Assembly: GCF_009834535.1 (NCBI RefSeq)
Contig: NC_045696.1
Location: 113,400,001-113,460,000 of the forward strand
Source of the DNA: Camelus ferus
Taxonomy: Eukaryota
Length of the DNA stretch: 60,000 bases
Direction: 5' to 3'
Made by a program: the position numbers and the translations under genes. Below are positions 13,886 to 26,461 of the stretch, one piece after another (the first letter of the stretch is position 1; every line of letters starts with the position of its first letter). The notes beneath the pieces were generated by a model. That model saw nothing but the letters and a program-made list of their open reading frames with translations. It did not search any database and was not told the DNA's origin.

Positions 13886-14711
13886 TCACTATATATAAAA
13901 ATAGATTAAAAAAAATTTCTTCTGTATAGCACAGGGAACTATATTCATTATTTTGTAATAACCTTTAATGAAAAAGAATATGAAAACAAATATATCTAAG
14001 TGAGGTAGGATGGAAAGAGGCAGGCCACAGCCATTCAAGGAAGGCCACTGCAATTAACATCAAAATGGTGAAAGATTCAACCCCCAGTAGGCCTTGAGGC
14101 TCAGAATGAAGAGACTTAACTTCTCGGAGATCTTGAGATTCATTGTACGCCCATTGTAATGTATTAACATGGTGAATAACACGCCCACAGGCACCATGGC
14201 AGTCCCAAGGCTAGCCACAGAAGGTCAAAGAGTGGGAACCGCCGATCCCAGCCCCTCCTCCTTAGACTGGTCCTTCCACTTATTAGCATATGAAACCACC
14301 AAGCCCGTAAAAACCAGCAACATGGTGCCCCGCAGCCACCCCTCTCTCTCTCTCTTCCTCCTACTAGATGGCCCACACTGTCTATGGAGTGTGTACCTAC
14401 TTTTAATCTGAGCACCCAACCCCCCACACTTCGTGGCCTTTCTCTTGCCTTTCAATGTATCTCTCTGAATAAATCTACCTTTAGTCAACTGTGGCTCACT
14501 ATTGAATTCTCTCCTGCGTGAAGCCAAGGACCCACACTTGGCAGGGCACATCCCAGGAGCTCAACTGAAGCCTGGGACACAGCCCTCCTCATGCCCCACA
14601 TCTGTTTTCCTGCATCATAAGCACATGCATGACTGGGACATTGTGCTGTATACCAGAAGTTGACACGCTGTAACCAACTATAGTTCAATGTAAAAGAAAA
14701 AAAAAAAAAAA
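13886..14711 (+). mobile_element. Short young L1 3' end split by a solo LTR
   Basis: TSD AAAAGGCAGTAG at 13874-13885 / 14712-14723; long poly(A); matches the L1 tail at 22200-22380. Confidence 0.85.
14001..14617 (+). mobile_element. Solo LTR, ERV1/class I-like, 617 bp
   Basis: TG...CA termini, 4-bp TSD TAAG (13997-14000 / 14618-14621), AATAAA at 14468-14473. Confidence 0.88.
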
Positions 14712-15049
14712 AAAAGGCAGTAGGTGGTCAGGGGAAATTCAGAACGTGGTGGGGGGTGGCAAAAGCCTTCACAAGAGAGATGCACAACTTGGTCTACCGT
14801 GGCAGCAATGAAAACAGAGGCAGAATGATTAACGGCATATTTAAAAGGTAAAATGGACATGAGCTGCTAGTGGATTGGATGCTGAGGAAAAGAGAACGAG
14901 AGGTGCCAAGAACGGCCGGGCAGTTACACCACTCGCTGGGATAAGGAGCACAGGACCAGCTTCGAGCGGGGAAACCATGAGCTGAGGCTTCCTGTGCAGG
15001 ATTTGAGCTCTCAAGAGGGCAGTATGGAAACTGAGGGAAAATACTCACA

Positions 15050-15400
15050 CCTCACTTTTCCAACGGGATGTGGGATGGAGCAACGGTTACTGCACTCACA
15101 AGGGAGCCCCACGGCCACGCTGACACCGCCGAACTGGGCCTGGCCCCCAACGAGCCTGGGAGGCGGCTGCTGCCAGCAGCTCAGGAGCAAGAGCAGCAAG
15201 AGGACCCCGCCGCCTCCGTCTGCTCCCTCCCCACCCCGCCCCCCCCGGGGGGGGAACCCCCCGGGCCCCCGCCAGTCAGAAGTGACGCATCACGCACTGC
15301 ACCTGCGTCACCACGTTCCACCGGAGCGGAGAGTCCCCGACTGAGCGGCCACCTCCTGGCGCAGGCGCAGATGGAGTCCGGACGAAGAGGGAAGGATTAT
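15050..15400. promoter_or_regulatory. CpG-rich promoter-like element, no recognised gene
   Basis: Local CpG/GC peak; GC boxes; two opposed TGACG half-CREs (~15283, ~15305); NRF1-like GCGCAGGCGC (~15359-15368); YAACNG motifs. Confidence 0.65.
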
Positions 15401-15899
15401 GCTAACTTGTGTCTGAGTTAGAGGGACCAGGAGAGAGGAGCCTTAGACATAGAGGATGAGTGAGGGGCACTCTTGGCAAAACTTAAAGTCAAAAAACACA
15501 ATTCCGTGCAATTTACCCATTTCGTCGATGAGCGTTTATTGAGCACCTGCTGTGTCCGAAGGGCCTGCTAGGGGCGGGAGACCCTGAGATAGTGCAGTCC
15601 ACGCCATAAGTAACTGCAGTCCGGGGTGGGGGTGGGATGGGGCGTAAAGGGAGCATAAATAAGCAGACAACGGTGTAGCCCTTAAGTCTAACTGGTGGAA
15701 ATCCAAAAGGTTTCCCAGGGGAAATGTTGGTTGAACTGAGCCTTAGAAGTGGAGTAAGTAGGACCCCACCAAGTGAGGGTGTGCAGACCGTTACATCCCA
15801 GGGAGTAGTAAGTGGCCCAGGACAGGCCTTCCCCCTGTGAGCAGCGAGCTGACAGCGGGCAGGACAGGGCGGGCCCGTGATTTCTGAGAGGAAGGAAGT

Positions 15900-16590
15900 A
15901 AACAGAGTGAGCTCTCCTACAGTTGCCCTAGTTTTCTGCCTAGAGGCAATTTCTGGACTTTGGCACCGGGAAGTAAACCCGGACTGAACCTGGGAGACTC
16001 GCCAAGTTGAGGAGACAAAGGTGCACTTGGAGAAGCGGAGGCAGCCGGAATTTATAGGGCAGAGTTGGTATCAGAGGAGGGAGCTGTGCAAAGAAAGTTT
16101 TCCAGAAATCTGCATAGAGGTCTTCTCAAGACAGACCGAATATTAATCTGTAAGCACTTAGGTAAAGGTCTACAAAGCCAAAGGACAACTGCCAGGTAGC
16201 TAAAAGCTGAGCGATTCCCAGAGCCAATTTAGGGCTGGGAGATGTTTTGAGTTCCCCCAGCCAGAGTGGAGAGGACTCATTGAATACATGGGCATTCAGA
16301 GGGGCCCCCAAATTGTCATGCCTCAGTAGTAGAGTAGACTATACCAAACAAAGCTTAAAAGCAAGCCTAGGGAGGATCAGGCTGATCAGCAAGTGAGTTT
16401 CCTTCCTACCAAACACACATCAACATTTTGCTTAGGCATCAAGATCTCAACACACAACAAAATATCATTTATAATGTCAACATCTAAAAAATTACGAGAC
16501 GTGCAAAGAAGCAGAAAAATGTGACCCAATGCAGGAGATAGATTAGTCCCCCCAAAAAAAGACTCAGAAATAGCAGATAATGGAATTATC
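15900..16590 (+). mobile_element. Old L1M 5'UTR/ORF1 fragment
   Basis: ttccagaaatctgcatagaggtc...aagcttaaaagcaagcct...gaagcagaaaaatgtgaccca motifs. Confidence 0.55.
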
Positions 16591-17304
16591 ACGTGAAGGT
16601 GTGTAGGAAAATGATGGAATTCCAAACCAAGAGAGTAATTGGAATACACAGGGCTTCTGAATGGCTCACCTGGAGAGTGTCCAGTTCCTTTTGGTTGTAC
16701 CAGTGAGAAAAAGTTGTTCACAACAGACACAACACAACATCCACTATCAGAGGGGCTGGGTGACATGAGGCAAATATAGTGGCAGACTCCCTAAAAAAAT
16801 GCAGAAGGCTTGTGTAGGTCTTGTTGATTGACAAACAGAATGGCTGCCTTCCTTCCTACTAAGATACTTCAAGTTCCCTGGGACAAACCAGAATCTGAGT
16901 GTCTCTCTTCTACTTAACAGCTTCTTACTTACATCTAAGATGAACTTGGATTTAAATACTTGTATTTCTAAGGAAGGAAAAGGCAGTTAAGCTTTACTGA
17001 GCACATACTATGCTCAGGCACTATATAGGCACAGTGACATACACTGTTTCCCTTAATTCTTCTACAGGCCTGAGAGACACACTTATCTCCTTAGAAATGG
17101 AAACAATCACATCCAGAAATTAAGAAGTTTGCTTGTGGTCAGTCATGTAAGATCAGTTTGAAGGAAATCTGCAAAAATTCAACAAATCAAACTGCGACAA
17201 ATGTTCTGAAGTCCTCTTGTGGTAGGTGGTCTTTACAGTCAAACCCACCTGGGTTCAGATCCAGTTCAGCCACTTGCCAGCTGTTTGCCTTTGGAAAGTT
17301 CCCC

Positions 17305-17652
17305 ACCTCCTTCACTGTTGGTGGGAATATGAATTGGTGCAGCCACTATGGAGAACAGTATGGAGGTTCCTCAAAAAACTAAAACTAGAGTTACCCTATG
17401 ATCCATCAATCCCACTCCTGGGCATATATCTGGAGGAAATTCTAATTCGAAAAGATCCATACACCCCAATGTTCATAACAGCACTATCTACATTAGCCAA
17501 GATGTGGAAGCAACCTAAATGTCCATCAACAGATGACTGGATAAAGAAGCTATGGTATATTTATGTAATGGAATACTACTCAGCCATAAAAAGAATAAAA
17601 TAATGCCATTTGCAGCAACATGGATGGGCCTAGAGATGATCATACTAAGTGA
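17305..17652 (+). mobile_element. L1 ORF2 C-terminal fragment
   Basis: HCWWEYELVQPLWRTVWRFLKKLKLELPYDPSIPLLGIY...MEYYSAIK. Confidence 0.92.
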
Positions 17653-18602
17653 ACATAATAATATTAAGGTATTCTGCTGATTAAACCTCTCTACTGAAGT
17701 AAATGAAGTGAAACGAGGTTGCATTAAAAACCTTATAAAAAGATTCTCAAAACAATTGATTTGATACAAAAAGATAAACGTAGAGACGTTCTCCTTGAGA
17801 AAAATATTTTAATGGCACAGGGGAGGAAGTGAAGACTAAATTGGGAGCATCTTCTCTAATCCCAGTCAGAGGTTAGCACAAGACACTTCAAAATCCAACT
17901 ATTTTCACAGTGAGTATTTTTTTCTTTTAATTTACTGTTCCTGCCCCAATCTCTTTAACTGAAACTTAGTTCCTAATTCAGCTGTTTTGTTTTCCTTACC
18001 TGAAAATTTGGAAAACAGTAAAGCAATCTTATCTCAGAAATCAGGCACTTGTCATTAGGTGCAAAAGTTTCTGTTCTGAAGACCTCAAAATATTGAAAGC
18101 TATGAAACAAAAACTGAATGTGGGCTGGGCAGCTGAAACCAATTACACAGGAAATTTGGTATCTGAAGTAAATGGTACAGCTGAGTACTTAGAATGATTC
18201 TCAATTATATTTCAGGAGTTTTAATTTTTTCCAATTGTACAGCCCTCCTCCACATCCCACTCCCAAGGCTGCATTCATCCATCCTTGCTTGCAGATGATT
18301 TCAGTTGTTTTCTGTGTTCTTAATCTTCTCTTTTATCTCAGCTGTTTTTCTCTCCTTCCTCATTTCATGACTTTTTTTTCCTTACCAGGCACTCACGCAG
18401 CATCTGATGCCTCTACAAATGCAAGGATTTTTCTTCCTATCCTTGAAGTGACAGCTTGTCTTTTCCCTCAAGTGTCTTTGTCGCAATGCCTGATAAACTG
18501 TTTATTTTTCCTAACAGCTTTCCTTCTTTGCCTGAAAAACAAACATTAACTAAAAAGTCCTCATTTCGCTAGTGAGACTTTCTATGTGATCCCCAGTGCT
18601 GG

Positions 18603-18617
18603 AGCGCCGCCTGCTGG
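18603..18617 (-). promoter_or_regulatory. Candidate CTCF site
   Basis: CCAGCAGGCGGCGCT, one mismatch to the CCASYAGRKGGCRS core, CpGs retained. Confidence 0.3.
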
Positions 18618-18959
18618 GTAAATGAGAGTTAGCGTATCACCCCTCCTTGGGTTCAGCAGAGGATAAAATACTTGAATGTGGGTGACAGTGTTCTCATCCT
18701 CAGTAGTCTTCAGAAATGGCCAGTCCAAAATTTTTGACATAGTCCCTTCTCTAACTATCCTGCAGAAGTCACACGATCTCCAGTAGTACTACACCACAGT
18801 TTGATAAAACTGTGTTTTTTACCACCATCTGCCAAATACTTAGCAAAATGCCCCACATAGAATAGAATAGCCAGCAAGTCGGTTGGGGTCCTTCTCTGAA
18901 CCAGCTAATCATATGGAGCCTGTGACCCTGTAGGACAGGGATTTGATTCCAAAGTTCTT

Positions 18960-19130
18960 TCTTGCAATAAACTGAACTCAGCTTTCTATAGTTTTCATCT
19001 CTTTTATCTATAATTTTCAATTTCTCTTCTGAGACACCACAAGATTTACTTACTTTTCCACATATGAGCCCTTTAAATATTTGAAATGCGCTACCATATC
19101 CCCCTAGACATTCAAAATGCTGCTCGCTCC
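18960..19130 (-). mobile_element. CR1/L3 fragment
   Basis: Reverse strand ttcaaatatttaaagggctcatatgtggaa (FKYLKG motif of the CR1 ORF2 end). Confidence 0.5.
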
Positions 19131-19171
19131 CCAATCAGTATAAACCAGAAAATCCGATTTTGTGTGCAACT

Positions 19172-19510
19172 TGTGGACTGAAGATTTGTGTCCCCCAGAT
19201 TCTAATGTTGAATTCCTGACACCCTCAGTGTGATGCTTTTCGGACATGGGGCCTTTGAGAGGTCATCAGGTTTGGATGAGGTGATACGGGTGGCGTCCCC
19301 CTGATGGAGTTAGAGCCCTTGTAGGATGAGATCAGAGAGCTTCCTCTCCCCCTGTCCCCACTTCTCTCTCTGTCTCCCCACCTCCCCTCCCACAGCAAAA
19401 AGGCAATGTCTGCAAGCCAGGAACCTAACCTGATCTCAGACCTCCCAGCCTCCGGACTGCGAGAAATAAATTTCTGTTGTTTAAGCCAGTCTATGGTATT
19501 TTGTTATAAA
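19172..19510 (+). mobile_element. MaLR LTR (MLT1-like)
   Basis: tgtggactgaa...tgtcccccaga...aataaatttctgttgtttaagcca...tatggtattttgttata. Confidence 0.8.
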
Positions 19511-21673
19511 GTGATCCTACTCTGCATAGCACTGCTACAGCTTGCAACCGTCCATAATATATTCGATATGCTACAGGTTCTATTTAGTGGTAGTTACATT
19601 TTCAGGTGAGCTACCTGGATGTCCTATTCTATAGCTGAGTTGCTGAAGATATAGAATCTTCCAAGGCAAATGCTGTATTTATTTATCATCTCACAAAGGC
19701 AAATGCACAGCAAGTTGTTGCCATGATGGTTTTTCCAAAAGCTCCTCACTAACTGCTGACTTGCCATCTCAACTTAACTCAATACCCTCATTTTCAGGGC
19801 TGCTTCTCTGTTACTCTGACACATTCATATACCTGGTTTCTCAGAAACTCACGTTCTCAACAGTAGCGTGGACCATCTTCCTGCTGGTGCCCATACACAA
19901 GTTGAGAAAAACATGCCCTGGCAAAAATTACAAATCCAATGCGGTGGACGAAAAAACTGGTCACACCTTCTTTCCCTCCTCGTGACGATACCCTAGCAAC
20001 GTGGCACTGTATCTCCTTCCATCAGGAAGTCATCTTCTCCACCTGTGGGCTGGCCTTGAGATTTTCTTTGACAGTGAGACTATAGTAGCTCAGAACCTAG
20101 TCCTCAAGAAACCTGGAGGGCTTCTGCTCTTGCTCTTGGAACCCTAGCTGCCGTGGGACTGAGCCCAAACTAGCACGCTTAAAAATCAAAAAATCACCTG
20201 GATCACAGTGACTTCAGAAGCCAGGCAGCCCAGCCAGACCACCAGCTGACCAGAGATACACGAACAAACCCAGCCAAGACCAGATCTTCCCAGCGGAGCT
20301 CAGCCCAAACTGAAGACTCGACCTTCAGAACCACGAGCTAAATAACCAGCCACGATGCTACGTGAAGCTGCAATGTCACCTACAGTGTATTGTAGACATA
20401 AATCATTAACCAGAACCTAATCAGTTCTTGAGATCTCATTTCCAGTTTAAGGAAATATACAGGATAAAGAAATAAACTAACTTCTGTTTGGGGACGAGGT
20501 AGGTATACATAAATAAACACCCACGTAGGCACCTTCTATGCACACATCAGTTTACAGTCTTAATTTAGTATTTAAAGTTGGAGAACACCCTGAGAACTTT
20601 GGGTGGACATTTTCCCAGAATTTCTCCTTACTTGTGCCTACAACCTAAATTCATCTTAAAAAAGAAGGGGGTAAAAAAGAAAGATCAAACCAGCGTCCCA
20701 AGCAGCACTGTTTATGATGTTCTGTAGACAGAAGATGCGCAGTTGCATTTCAGGGATCCTGAAGAAAGCTGAAGTCTAGCCACTTTAGAATCTGCAACAA
20801 AAGTTTATCGATATGCAGTCTCTGAAGTGATCACTTCTCAGTTAGATCTTTTTTTAGGGCCATTTGAACTGTCAGTTTCTGAAGCCCATGCCCTGCAGTA
20901 CCATCAGACTGACCATTTTTCATCGCAGGATTTTTATTCTCATTGACATAAGGAAAGATTTATTATCAACTTCTGCAAGATGCAGGTGATAAATCAGCCT
21001 TAGGGGTTTGAACCAGAAGTGGATAAAAATGACAGGAGTTTGGGTTCATCTGATGTCAGGAATGGTTTGGAGTTTTAAAATTCTTTTTACCTAACATTAT
21101 ACATCTTAAAAAAAAACCAAAACATATTTTCTTATGGATTTTCTCCTTCACTTCTAAACCCAAGTGTATTACCAAGGAAAATGGAACCCATGTGCTGTTG
21201 AATGTGTTCACACTCCATTCATTATAGGTATTACATTGTACAGCATTGACATTCTCTTCTGAAGGAGTTATCTCAAGGCTCAAATGATCCTGATGCCAAA
21301 ATTTTAAAGAACTTTCTTCTCCAGCCCCTCAAAGAGTTCCAGAATTTGTGAATCATACTCTATCTCCCCACTGGAACATCAAGTTCTTAAAAAGGTTTGT
21401 CCAAGTTTAATATGCATATGATGGAAAGATTTCCAGATAGTTAAACAAATCCTTCCCCCTGTCTCCTTTGTCCTTGAGTCTCCCTGCTTTGGATAAAGAG
21501 AGTGAGATGGTTTCTTTATGAAATAGCAGTGGGAACAAACTTGCAACCCTCTCAGCAACTGAATGGAACAAAATGACATGGGAGAATTACAATGTAAGGA
21601 AAGAAAAGGCACCACATGAGTGCAAGGTGCTGCCAGACTCTTCCCAAAGCCCTTGTCAAAATATTATCTCCCA

Positions 21674-22384
21674 AAAGGAACCCTTTCATACTGTTGGTGG
21701 GAATGTAAATTGGTGCAGCCACTACAGAGGTTCCTTAAAAAACTAAAAATAGACTTAACATCTGATCTGGCAATCCCACTCCTGGGCATATATCTTGAGG
21801 GAACTCTAATTGGAAAAGACACATGCACCCCAATGTTCATAGCAGCACCATTTACAACAGCCAAGACAAGGAAACAACTGTAATGTCCATCAACAGGTAA
21901 CTGGATAAAGAAGACATGGTATATATACAATGGAATACTACTCAGTCACAAAAAAGAATAAAATATTAACATTTGCAGCAACATGGATGGACCTGGAGAT
22001 CATCATTCTAAGTGAGTAAGCCAGAAAGAGAGAGAAAAATAACATATGATATTGCTTATATTTGGAAACTTAAAAAAAAAGACACAAATGAACTTATTTA
22101 CAAAACAGAAACAGATTCACAGACATAGAGAACAAATGTACGGTTACCAGGGGTAAAGGGGGTGGGAAGGGATAAATTAGGAGTTCAAAATTTGCAGATA
22201 CTAACTACTATATATAAAATAGATAAACAACAGGTTTCTTCTGTATAACACAGAGAACTAAATTCAATAATGAAAAAGAATATGAAAAGGAATATATGTA
22301 TATATATGTATGGCTAAAACATGGTGCTGTACACCAGAAACTGACACAACATTGTAAGCTGACTATACTTCAATATAAATAAGT
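21674..22384 (+). mobile_element. 5'-truncated young L1 inserted in a MIR
   Basis: ORF2 C-terminus plus 3'UTR; 14/15 TSD AAATATTATCTCCCA 21659-21673 / AAATTTTATCTCCCA 22385-22399. Confidence 0.92.
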
Positions 22385-22571
22385 AAATTTTATCTCCCAT
22401 TATTGCAGATGGGGAACTGCTAATGGTACAGCTGGAAACATCTGCCAATGTGCACTCAGGTGAGTTTCTCTAATCCTCCGGGCTTCCACAGCCTTTTCTG
22501 AAAAATGATAGGCCCTCTCCTTGTTCCAGAAGGTGCCAAGAAAGCCTTACTGTCAGGTTCCTGAATAAGCG

Positions 22572-23122
22572 TTCCAGTTACTATTATTGCCTGACTTCAG
22601 GCATAAACACGTAAAACAATAATCACTTTATTTTTCTCAGAGATTCTTGGGGTCAGGAATTCAGGTAGAGCTTTGACTGGGAAGTTCCCACTGCAAGTCA
22701 CTCAAGAGGTTGCAGTCAGATATTGGCGGAAACTACAGATCTCTGAAGAGCCAGCTGGGCACATATCTGAGATGCTTCAGCCACATGGTCGGCAGCTGAC
22801 TCTAGCCATTGATTTGGGAGATCAGTGGGGGGCAGTTGACCAAAGAGCTTACACACGGCCTCTGCACCGTGGCATCCCAGACCAGCTGGATTCCTCACAT
22901 AGCAGATCAAAACTCCAAATGCAAGTGTCCCAGCAGCCAAGGTGGAAGCCACATAGCTTTTTTATGACCTAACCTTGAAAGTCACGTAGATCACCTTTAC
23001 CATAGTCTATTGGTTAAAGCAGTCACAAGCCTGCCTAGACTGGAGGAAAAGGAATCCATAGATCCCAACCTCTTAGGGGGAGGTGTGTCGAGAATTTGCA
23101 GATGAGACTTTAAAACCACCAC
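22572..23122 (-). mobile_element. MaLR LTR (old MLT1)
   Basis: cagttactattattgc...ggtcaggaattcagg...ttttatgacctaaccttgaaagtcac. Confidence 0.7.
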
Positions 23123-23154
23123 AATAACTACAGGTACTCCCACTGAAATCCGTG

Positions 23155-23569
23155 ATGTAGCTGCAGTCGCTGCCCTGGCCCACGGGTGGTTTCACCTACA
23201 GCAGCAGAGGGCAGTCCCCAAGCTTGCTGCCAGTGACTCGCTGCAGGGGCTTAGGCTGCTCTGTTTCTCAGCCTGAGGGCTTACCTCTGGTGGATGGGAA
23301 GAAGTTCAGTCCTAAGGGGCAACTGCCAACCACTAAGAGACAGAATGTGTGGGTAAATACCCATCGTCCTCGTCCCCTGGAGGGACAGCTCGGAGGTGTA
23401 TTCAGGTGGTCCACCACAAAAAGAGCCCGGCTGGCCTCGAGCACACCCTGTCTCAGCTTTCCTCATCCCTCCCCAGCTCTCCCTCCTCACTTCTGCTTCC
23501 TGGCACCCTTTCCCAGCACCCAACGTCCTGTCCTCACGTCTGCTTTGGGGAGGATGCAAACTAAAATAC
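23155..23569 (+). mobile_element. ERVL LTR16-like solo LTR
   Basis: Ends tcctcacgtctgctttggggaggatgcaaactaaaata, typical of LTR16 3' termini. Confidence 0.6.
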
Positions 23570-24731
23570 CAGTGAAGTGTCCTGGTGAGAGAAGACTCAG
23601 CACTGTTGCAACAGATGGTCTCTAAGATCCTCTCCCAGCCCAAAGTCCTGGTGTTGTCATCATCAGGCTCATGAACGGGGTTAACTGAGAAGGTCGAGGC
23701 TCCCTGCATTCTCAAAGAAGTCGCGGGATAAAGCCCAGTTCGCTCCCATGCCAGGTTCCATCCACTTTCCAAATGAAAGAAAGCACTTCCTGCACCAAAA
23801 AAAGGTAGTCCCTCCTCCCTTAAAGCAGCCACAAAAATCAGCACTGAATAACCTAATGCCTGAAAAGAAATAAAGCAAGACTGAAAATAAGTACATCCCA
23901 GTAAAATCTAAACTTTCCTAGCTGGCAAACTTCAGACAATTGCAAATTCAGACAATTGCACAACAGTGAAGCGTGGGTTTTCTGGATGGATCTTGTTTTA
24001 TTCTTTCACTTCTGCACCTTGCCTCCTGGAAGGGTATGTCTTGAAATGAGTTTATCAGATGAATCAGCTTCCCTTTGGCTCTCAAGATCTTTTGTAATTA
24101 GCGTTGTAACATAATGCACAAGTGGCTGTGGGCAAAACTCAGAAGAATGAGAAAATCCACTTAGAGCAGTGGCAAGAGGTTCCAGCATTTTCTCAAGCTT
24201 AGCTGACTAATTCAATTTCTGGGCATAACCAGGAATGGCTTTTCAGATCGGTCAGGCCTTTCTGGCTCCTCTTAAGTTGGAGAGGCCCCGAGAAGCCATC
24301 TTCAGTTTCTAGAGACTTCTTGTATGTCCCACCTGAATGAAAGAAGGATGGTCACAGAAGTGACAGAAGTTTATCATTTGTCCAACCTTGGATTGGAGCG
24401 GGAGTTTAATACATCCATGCCAACCACCCCCAAAGCTTCTTAACTCCAACAGAGGTAAGAAAACTGCCTGGGAGACAGCAACCTGGTTGTTTTCTTGAAA
24501 GAACTCCAGAGACCAAATTATACACTTTCCAACACTGGGCTATTCAGGGGCCTGGTAAACACAGAAACCACAAGAGGGAAGGGAAGGAAAGAGAGGAGGG
24601 AGCAGGATGTCTGCTCTAATTTCACCTACGTTCACTTTTCTCCACTCTGCTTTATAACAGTGTCAGCTCTATGGAATAAAACCATGTGGTGTCTGTGTCT
24701 TTAAGGCCCAGGCAGCTTGGGCGGTGGATAG

Positions 24732-24745
24732 GTTTCCATAGCAAC
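24732..24745. promoter_or_regulatory. RFX X-box motif
   Basis: GTTTCCATAGCAAC, a near-consensus palindromic X-box. Confidence 0.45.
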
Positions 24746-25298
24746 TCGTAATTCTACTGTCAACTAAATTGAAACTTAACAATGGAAAATCCCTAACAAA
24801 TAAAGTGTGATACCTCTCAATGACAATTATCTGTTAATTACAGCCTGGCTTTGAGTGCTGAAAAATACAAACACCTAGAATCCTTTGCCATGTTTGAATG
24901 AAGCAGGGCTATTTTTTTTTTCACTTTTTTCTTTCAAAAACTCTCAGATAGAAAAGAAGAAAATAAACAAACAAGGTTCTGAGAGAGTTTAGATGTCAAG
25001 CCTCTTCTGTGGCCCCAGAAGAATGCTCCCTCTGTAGACACACAGTGCACAAAAGAAGCAAGCAGGGTTAGGCGGTTCAGAAATCTGTGTCAACAGGAGG
25101 TGGTAAGACCTCAGCCAATAAGTGTCCTACATCAGACTTCCTCGAAAAAAGGCCAAAGACCTTACTAAGCTTTGAGATGACTACTTTGCACACCAAAAAA
25201 AAAAAAGTTTTTTAAGATTATAACCCCAATAAAACATCAGAAATCTCCTCCACTAATAGTCAATCAATTTAAATAGCATTTATTGAAAGACTATTGGG

Positions 25299-25915
25299 AT
25301 GATCCAGCAATCCCACTCTTGGGCATGTATCCAGAAGGAACTCTAATTCAAAAAGACACATGCACCCCAGTGTTCATAGCAGCACTATTTACAATAGCCA
25401 AGACATGGAAGCAACCTAAATGTGCATTGACAGATGAATGGATAAAGAAGTTGTGGTATATTTATACAATGGAATAATACTCAGCCATAAAAAAGGGAAT
25501 AATATAATGCCATTTGCAGCAACATGCATGGACCTGGAGATCGTCCTAAGTGAAGTCGGCCAAAGAGAAAAATACAATGTGATACCACTTGTATGTGGAA
25601 TCCAAAAAATAGACACAAATGAACTTTTTACAAAACAGAAACACTCACAGACATAGAAAACAAACTATGGTTTGAGAGTAAAGGGCGGGGTGGATGGAGG
25701 GATAAATTGGGATTTGCAGATACACACTACTATATATAAAACAGATAAACAGCAAGGTCCTACTATATAACACAAGGAACTATTTTCAGTATCTTGTAAT
25801 AGCCTATAATGGAAAAGAATGCATATACACACATATATATGCATATATATATATAACTGAATCACTATGCTGTACACCGAAAATTAACACAACATTGTAA
25901 ATGTCAATTAAAAAA
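25299..25915 (+). mobile_element. 5'-truncated L1 inserted in an L2 remnant
   Basis: DPAIPLLGMYP...; 3'UTR and A-tail; approximate TSD aaagacta. Confidence 0.9.
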
Positions 25916-26052
25916 AAAGACTACTAGGGCATTTTGTAAGACACTAGAGCTATAAAAACAAGGAATACCCAGTCTCTGATCTCTATATGCTCACAATTGG
26001 GGAATGGTGGGGTGGGGGACAGATACATAAATTATATGACCAGGTTTCCTAA

Positions 26053-26441
26053 GTGCTATGGGCTGAATCATGTCCCCCTCCCCCAAAATCCATGTAAGTC
26101 CTAACCTCCAGTACCTCAGAATGTAACTATATGTGCAGATATGATTTTTAAAGAGGTGATTAAATTAAAACAAGGTCATGAGGGTGGACCCTAATCCAAT
26201 CTGACTGGTGCATTTACATGAAGAAGAAATTTTGGACACAGACAGGAACAGAGGGAAGGTGACCTAAAAACACAAGGAGAACACCTTCTACAAGCCAATG
26301 AGAGAGGCCCAGAGCACCTCCCGACCTCACAGCCCGCAGAAGGAACCAACCCCGCCCACACTCTGATCTTGGACTTCCAGTATCCGGAACTGCAAGAAAT
26401 GACTGTGTTCGCTAGGGTCACACCCCTGGCAAACTAATACC
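26053..26441 (+). mobile_element. MaLR LTR (MLT1A/B-like)
   Basis: tgctatgggctgaat...cagtacctcagaatgt...gcaaactaatac. Confidence 0.8.
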
Positions 26442-26461
26442 CCAAGCTGTGTTCTTCCAGA

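Noticed and set aside
15011..15199. Signal-peptide-like ORF (VLLLLLLSCWQQ...) ending near a phase-1 donor
   Set aside because: Starts at TTG; the nearest upstream ATG closes after 4 codons; splicing in that phase to the 11811 acceptor hits a stop within 4 codons
17226..17603. 125-aa ORF, and similar ORFs at 21620 and 25283
   Set aside because: L1 ORF2 C-terminal remnants, not host genes
23281..23844. 187-aa minus-strand ORF
   Set aside because: Non-ATG start, runs through an LTR16-like element, no domain similarity visible
23931..23960. Tandem duplication TTCAGACAATTGCA x2 (similar at ~38938-38969)
   Set aside because: Two-copy slippage duplications with no functional context
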